From positions 12,796 through 76,795 of the forward strand of contig CAYORG010000008.1 of NCBI GenBank assembly GCA_964406315.1: 64,000 bases of DNA. The letters are read 5' to 3'. This document shows positions 59,169 through 64,000 of the stretch, piece by piece (the stretch's first letter is position 1; each line of letters begins with the position of its first letter). Origin of the DNA: an uncultured Bacteroidales bacterium. GTDB taxonomy: Bacteria; Bacteroidota; Bacteroidia; Bacteroidales; UBA10428. The notes beneath the pieces were generated by a model. It did no database searches and was not told the DNA's origin. It was given only the letters and a program-made list of their open reading frames with translations. The translations under genes and the position numbers were made by a program.

Positions 59169-59546
59169 ATGATCATGAAACTCCGGACCATTCTATTCAT
59201 CTTGTTGTTCTGTGCTGCAAATCATTTTGCAATGGCCAATCATTCAAACTCAAGATCTGGCTTTGATAAATTATTGATTTATCAGAACATAATGTCACCG
59301 CAATCAAGTATCTTATACTGTGATTCTGAATATATGACTTTTGCATTTTTTGCTAAAATTGACACGATTCCTGATATAGTAAACTTCATTAAAACCGGCA
59401 ATTCGGATATGAAAATGAAAAATACTTTTTGGTCCGGATCAGCCTCAGTTGATCGAAATGATTATTCGCCATCAATACTTTCCGGGTGTAAATACCTTGT
59501 TGCTGATGAAAGAAAAATTTTTAGTACAAATTTCTTATTGATATAA
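59169..59546 (+). CDS. Hypothetical small secreted protein
   Basis: Signal peptide MIMKLRTILFILLFCAANHFAMA. No recognisable domain. Start moved from 59106. Confidence 0.4.
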   Translation: MIMKLRTILFILLFCAANHFAMANHSNSRSGFDKLLIYQNIMSPQSSILYCDSEYMTFAFFAKIDTIPDIVNFIKTGNSDMKMKNTFWSGSASVDRNDYSPSILSGCKYLVADERKIFSTNFLLI

Positions 59547-59561
59547 AAAAATTGTTAAATA

Positions 59562-60644
59562 ATGAAAAAATTAGTGTCGCTTCATAGAATATACTTTTCT
59601 CTGCTGTTCTCAACATTTGTATTGTTATTTCCTAACAATCTATCAGCAGAAGACTTAAGAAAAGTGGTGCAACTTGCCGGATACTGGAAATTTTCAATTG
59701 GCGATTTTCCGGAATGGGCATATCCGGAGTACAACGATTCCGATTGGGAGACCATTAAAGTTCCTGATAAATGGGAAGATCAAGGTTTTAATGAATACAA
59801 TGGATTTGCATGGTATAGAAAAGAGTTTACAATACATCCCATTGATGAAGATGTTCCGATATATTTCGTTTCCGGCAGAATCGATGATGCAAATGAAATA
59901 TACTTTAACGGGCATTTGCTTGCCAAAAGCGGCGATTTTCCGCCTCATTTTCGCACAGCATACAACCAGAAAAGAAAATACCATATACCCCGGGAAATCA
60001 TAAAGTTCAATCAGAAGAATTCCATCGCAATCCGGGTATATGATGAATACCTGGAAGGAGGAATTATTGATCAGCCGGTTGGAATATATATTGATGAAGA
60101 TTATGAATACCTTGATTTTATCCTGTCTGGCAAATGGAAATTTCATTTGGGAGATAACAAGCAATGGAAATCAGAAAATTTTAATGATGATATCTGGGAA
60201 GAGATAAACGTGCCTTCTGAGTGGGAAAATGAAGGCTACGAGGATTATGATGGTTATGCATGGTACAGAAAAGAATTCAGACTTCCTGCAGAACTTCGGA
60301 ATGGAGAAATTTATCTGTCACTGGGGAAAATTGATGACTATGATTATGTATACCTTAACGGTACATTAATAGGAAGTGTGTTTCATCTTGATAAAGACAG
60401 TGAATACAAGAGACGGGGGTGGGAATACAATGCAAGGAGAATATATAAAATTCCTGAAGATGCAATTCACAAAAACGGTATAAACATGCTTTCCATCAGA
60501 GTATATGATGTAAAATGGCGAGGAGGGATTTATGAAGGACCCCTTGGCATCATGACAGAACCAAATTACAAGCAATATAGACGAAAACATCATGAAAATC
60601 AATCATTCTGGGATTATGTGATTGATGAATTATTTATTGATTAG
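59562..60644 (+). CDS. Secreted protein made of two GH2_N-like (galactose-binding/DISMED2-like jelly-roll) modules, with no catalytic domain
   Basis: Signal peptide. Both halves carry W.(F/Y)..GD...W....(Y/F)(N/D)D..W..I.VP..WE(D/N)(Q/E)G...Y(N/D)G(F/Y)AWYRKEF...(I/L)Y(F/L)NG..(L/I)..(S/G)...IP...(I/L)......N..(S/A)IRVYD....GGI...P(V/L)GI. Confidence 0.6.
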   Translation: MKKLVSLHRIYFSLLFSTFVLLFPNNLSAEDLRKVVQLAGYWKFSIGDFPEWAYPEYNDSDWETIKVPDKWEDQGFNEYNGFAWYRKEFTIHPIDEDVPIYFVSGRIDDANEIYFNGHLLAKSGDFPPHFRTAYNQKRKYHIPREIIKFNQKNSIAIRVYDEYLEGGIIDQPVGIYIDEDYEYLDFILSGKWKFHLGDNKQWKSENFNDDIWEEINVPSEWENEGYEDYDGYAWYRKEFRLPAELRNGEIYLSLGKIDDYDYVYLNGTLIGSVFHLDKDSEYKRRGWEYNARRIYKIPEDAIHKNGINMLSIRVYDVKWRGGIYEGPLGIMTEPNYKQYRRKHHENQSFWDYVIDELFID

Positions 60645-60669
60645 TTTTTATTTGGTGGAGGATTATATT

Positions 60670-61710
60670 ATGAAAACAGAAAAAAGAAAAAAGTTTGTGT
60701 TCACTCTATTTGTATTTCTATTTGGTTACTCTTTGTTTGCATCACAAAATGATCTTATTAAGATCATAGACTTAAAAGGTCAGTGGAAGTATTCCATCGG
60801 TGAACGGAAAGAATGGATTTTGCCGGGATATGATGATAACAGCTGGGCAACTATTCATGTGCCTTCTTCCTGGGAAGATCAGGGATTCTATGGATACAAC
60901 GGCTTTGGTTTTTACAGAAAATCATTTGCATTATCCGAAGAGAATAAGGGAAAAACTCTTTATTTGAATCTTGGTTATGTTGATGATGTCGACGAAACTT
61001 ATATTAATGGTCATAAAATAGGCTCAACGGGATCCTTCCCGCCATCTTATATTACTGCTTATAATGCCAACAGAGTTTATTATATACCTGAAGAGTATTT
61101 AAACTTCGGAGGAAAGAATACCATAGCTGTTAAAGTGTATGATTCATATCAGTATGGAGGTATTGTAAAAGGAGAAATTGGCATTTATGTGAGTATGTTT
61201 GATGTCCGGCTGGACATCAACCTTCAGGGAATATGGAAATTTAAACCAGGCGATGATTTTAGTTGGAAAGAAGCAGGTTTTAACGATTCTAAATGGGATG
61301 AAATATTTGTACCTGCCAAATGGGAAGATCAGGGGTACAGAGATTATGACGGTTATTCGTGGTATAGAAAAACCTTTTATTACAAAGGAACCTTTTCAGA
61401 AGAAACTATTGTGCTTATACTAGGAAAAATAGATGACCTTGATCAGGTTTACATAAATGGTAAGTTGGTTGCCGGTACAGGAGAACTCAATAGTCAAATC
61501 AATAGAAAAGCATATACAGGAGAACAATACAAAGCCTTTAGAGGTTACTTTATACCCACAAATAGTCTAAAGAAAAACGAGAAAAACAGCATTGCCGTTC
61601 GTGTCTATGACGGACAGGGAGCCGGCGGGATTTATGAAGGACCTGTTGGCATTGTAACTCAGAGAAAATATATTGATTTTTGGAATAAAAGAAGGACAAT
61701 CAATTATTAG
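60670..61710 (+). CDS. Paralog of the preceding gene: two GH2_N-like jelly-roll modules
   Basis: Signal MKTEKRKKFVFTLFVFLFGYSLFA. Same two-module motif pattern (WEDQGFYGYNGFGFYRKSF; WEDQGYRDYDGYSWYRKTF; NSIAVRVYDGQGAGGIYEGPVGI). Start moved from 60622. Confidence 0.6.
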   Translation: MKTEKRKKFVFTLFVFLFGYSLFASQNDLIKIIDLKGQWKYSIGERKEWILPGYDDNSWATIHVPSSWEDQGFYGYNGFGFYRKSFALSEENKGKTLYLNLGYVDDVDETYINGHKIGSTGSFPPSYITAYNANRVYYIPEEYLNFGGKNTIAVKVYDSYQYGGIVKGEIGIYVSMFDVRLDINLQGIWKFKPGDDFSWKEAGFNDSKWDEIFVPAKWEDQGYRDYDGYSWYRKTFYYKGTFSEETIVLILGKIDDLDQVYINGKLVAGTGELNSQINRKAYTGEQYKAFRGYFIPTNSLKKNEKNSIAVRVYDGQGAGGIYEGPVGIVTQRKYIDFWNKRRTINY

Positions 61711-61756
61711 TCAAATACGTTTCTCAATTGCATAGGTTAGGGTTATGTTAATAATG

Positions 61757-61819
61757 AACCAGTGATCCGATGAAAAAAATGAAACGGAAAGAGCAGAATG
61801 AATCGGGTCATTGGTTTTT
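61757..61819 (+). terminator. Long hairpin terminator after the tandem jelly-roll genes
   Basis: AACCAGTGATCCGAT (61757-61771) pairs with ATCGGGTCATTGGTT (61802-61816). The stem is 15 bp including 2 G-U pairs. A T-run follows. Confidence 0.5.
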
Positions 61820-61836
61820 ACTTGTGTTCAGTAAAC

Positions 61837-62418
61837 TCAACCGTTCGCTTTGTTCTTAATTTCCTTTGAAATGGTTTCTAACTGAAGATACCATTCCTTT
61901 CCGAAACGATTAGTCAAAGCTTCCTTAACAAAAATATAGACTGGCAACTTCACTTCGTCCCCTTTTTCTCTTGCCGGAGCACATATTTCCCATTGATCAT
62001 AATTCACCGCTGTAAATTGTTCATATTTTTTAATTCGTATCGGATACAAATGACACGAAAATGGTTTTCTGAACTTTATCGCACCCGCAAAATATGCCTT
62101 TTCAATGCCGCATCTTGCAATGCCATTTTCAATAACAACATAAGCACATTCATTTCCATCAATAAGTGGAGTAACAGTCTCTTTCTCATCATCTATAACA
62201 TGTGTTCCCTGTTGTTCAATTGAATTCATTCCTTCCTGCGAAAGGTATGGTTTAATTTTGTCAATGATCCCGGAAAGCATTTCAACTTCATCTGCCTGTA
62301 AAGGAGCACCTGCATCTCCCTTAATACAACACGCTCCATGACATTTTCCCAAATCACAACAGAAATTTTTGTCTATTATATCACGACTGATTAATGTGTT
62401 CTTAATTTTTATCATCAA
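61837..62418 (-). CDS. DUF3109-family Cys-rich protein
   Basis: MMIKIKNTLISRDIIDKNFCCDLGKCHGACCIKGDAGAPL matches my recollection of the DUF3109 N-terminus. Confidence 0.7.
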   Translation of the reverse strand: MMIKIKNTLISRDIIDKNFCCDLGKCHGACCIKGDAGAPLQADEVEMLSGIIDKIKPYLSQEGMNSIEQQGTHVIDDEKETVTPLIDGNECAYVVIENGIARCGIEKAYFAGAIKFRKPFSCHLYPIRIKKYEQFTAVNYDQWEICAPAREKGDEVKLPVYIFVKEALTNRFGKEWYLQLETISKEIKNKANG

Positions 62419-62757
62419 CCTGTTTATACATACATTACACCCTAGCTTTGCTGTGCAAATTTATTTTATTTCAGAGAACTATGGGCTTTTCTTTTCACTG
62501 GCTATAGCTTAGCTGTTAAAATCATGATTGGTCAGTTGTTCACGAATTATAAACAAATGATATGGTTCAGGTATTAATTGATAGAATTGGACAATTTGTT
62601 GATTATTTTTTAACCCGGTCATCTGTTATACTAATTTTGTAGATTTATTCCTGTTGGAGTTTGCTTATTTTTACAGGATTTCTTTTGCAAAAATGGCTGA
62701 TGAAACTTTTAACAGAATTGTTGGTTACTACTTGTAAAAATATTTATTTAAAGTATA

Positions 62758-64000
62758 ATGAGCGCAAGAATTTTAATTCTGGTATTTATTCAGACTGTTT
62801 TATTGCAAATCCTTGCCGGACAAACTGCACCCCCTAAGGACAACTATCAGATATTGGGTAAGGTTATAGATAAATCAAATGGTTCACCCCTTGAATTTTC
62901 TACCATTTCTATTTATTCTGCAGATTCGAATCTGATAACCGGAGGACTGGCAGGCCCTGATGGTTCATTTGCCATCGAAATTGAACCGGGTCGTTATTAT
63001 GCAGTAGTCCAGTTCATTTCATACGAAAAAACCACAATCCCAAATATCATTGTATCCGATGAAAAAAGATCTTATAAAACAGGTATTATTGAATTATCGC
63101 CGGAAGCAACAGCTCTTGATGAAGTCACTGTCACAGCAGAAAAAAGTGAGATGGTAATTCATTTGGATAAAAAAATATTCAATGTTGGAAAAGATCTCAG
63201 CAATACTGGTAAATCCGCTCTTGATATTCTTGATAACATACCATCGGTAAGTGTTGATCTGGATGGGAATGTAAGTCTTCGAGGTAGTGAAAATCTGCAG
63301 ATCCTTGTCGATGGCAAACCTTCCGGAATGGTCAGTGCAGGAAATACGGATGCCCTGAGGAATCTCCAGGGAACGATGATTGAACGGGTTGAAGTCATTA
63401 CCAATCCCAGTGCACGCTACGAAGCGGAAGGAATGGCAGGCATTATCAATATTGTACTTAAAAAGGACCAGCAGAAAGGGGTTAACGGTTCGTTTGAAGG
63501 AACTGCTGGATACCCGCATGAGTATTCTTTGGGAGCAAATGTGAATTTCAGGAAAGAAAAGATCAATTACTTCCTGAATTATAATATCCGCTATAATGAA
63601 AGACCGGGAACCGGGAATTCTTATCAATATTTTAATTTGTCCGATACAGCCTATATAACACGTATCGATCGCACCAGGAACAGAACCGGGCTTTCAAACA
63701 GGTTAAGAGGAGGCTTTGATTATCTGATCAATTCAAAAAACACTTTAACTGCCGAATTTTTGTTGGGTATCAGTGATGAACCCACCATTAGCAATATATG
63801 GTACTACGATTATACCGTATCTGAAATACCTCTTTCCACTTCACATAGAAAAGATGAAGAGCATGAGGATGAACTGGACATAGAATTCAGCCTGAATTAT
63901 ACGAAACTGTTTCGCAATGAAGATCATAAATTCACTGCACTGATTCAATACATCAAAGATGCTGAAACCGAAAAATCGGAAATAACCGAAGAATTGATTA
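62758..64000 (+). CDS. TonB-dependent receptor / outer-membrane beta-barrel protein with CarboxypepD_reg domain (3' end beyond the window)
   Basis: Absent from the ORF track (open at the window end). MSARILILVFIQTVLLQILAGQ signal, GKVIDKSNGSPLEFSTISIYSADSNLITGGLAGPDGSFAIE, plug LDILDNIPSVSVDLDGNVSLRGSENLQILVDGKPS, ERVEVITNPSARYEAEGMAGIINIVLKK. Confidence 0.8.
   Translation, partial: MSARILILVFIQTVLLQILAGQTAPPKDNYQILGKVIDKSNGSPLEFSTISIYSADSNLITGGLAGPDGSFAIEIEPGRYYAVVQFISYEKTTIPNIIVSDEKRSYKTGIIELSPEATALDEVTVTAEKSEMVIHLDKKIFNVGKDLSNTGKSALDILDNIPSVSVDLDGNVSLRGSENLQILVDGKPSGMVSAGNTDALRNLQGTMIERVEVITNPSARYEAEGMAGIINIVLKKDQQKGVNGSFEGTAGYPHEYSLGANVNFRKEKINYFLNYNIRYNERPGTGNSYQYFNLSDTAYITRIDRTRNRTGLSNRLRGGFDYLINSKNTLTAEFLLGISDEPTISNIWYYDYTVSEIPLSTSHRKDEEHEDELDIEFSLNYTKLFRNEDHKFTALIQYIKDAETEKSEITEELI

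Noticed and set aside
1-64000. Search for mobile elements, prophage, defence islands, toxin-antitoxin pairs, tRNA/rRNA/tmRNA
   Set aside because: No integrase, transposase, recombinase, restriction/modification, Cas, abortive-infection-like ATPase or nuclease ORFs were found. No cloverleaf-compatible sequence was found in any intergenic gap. Gene content and composition look like native chromosome throughout.

Overview
This is a low-GC chromosomal segment that looks like Bacteroidota. The evidence is SusC/SusD genes, T9SS C-terminal sorting domains, a GldB-like lipoprotein, BACON domains, and TAnnTTTG -7 promoter boxes. I support about 48 protein genes and found no rRNA, tRNA, CRISPR array, transposase, integrase or recognisable defence genes.

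Gene content in order:
- **1-9.4 kb:** housekeeping genes (nadE fragment, rsmG, an ECF sigma factor, a GT2, tgt, lptF/G, ispE, dnaB).
- **10.9-15.1 kb:** a divergent GH88/105 and BNR_4/BACON/T9SS glycan-degrading pair.
- **15.2-17.9 kb:** a purine permease, a gldB-like gene, and rpmH, which is missing from the ORF track.
- **18.1-22.7 kb:** a tight four-gene operon of a HAD phosphatase, a SAM methyltransferase, a UbiA prenyltransferase resembling DPPR synthase (decaprenyl-phosphate phosphoribosyltransferase), and a GT-C glycosyltransferase fused to TPR repeats.
- **23-32.5 kb:** a PASTA protein, a T9SS cargo protein, rluD, era, der, an OmpA/PD40 protein, two small lipoproteins and an orphan membrane protein.
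- **32.6-46.5 kb:** a beta-mannoside utilisation locus (SSF symporter, GH130 phosphorylase, SusC/D, AGE-family epimerase, GH2 beta-mannosidase, MFS).
- **46.6-51.6 kb:** three adjacent glutamine synthetases of classes I, II and III.
- **51.7-61.7 kb:** an M20 peptidase, a histidine kinase/response regulator pair convergent with a large propeller-type sensor kinase, and a divergent operon for a small secreted protein plus two tandem paralogs. Each paralog is an internal duplication of a GH2_N/DISMED2-like jelly-roll module.
- **61.8-64 kb:** a DUF3109 gene and a truncated TonB-dependent receptor.

The most interesting candidates are all inference, not proven:
1. The UbiA/HAD/MT/GT-C-TPR operon, a possible polyprenyl-phosphate-pentose glycosylation system.
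2. The GSI/GSII/GSIII trio, with a shared G-run element at the same distance upstream of GSI and GSIII.
3. The sensor-kinase-linked tandem lectin-like proteins, which have a 10-nt tandem direct repeat in their promoter.
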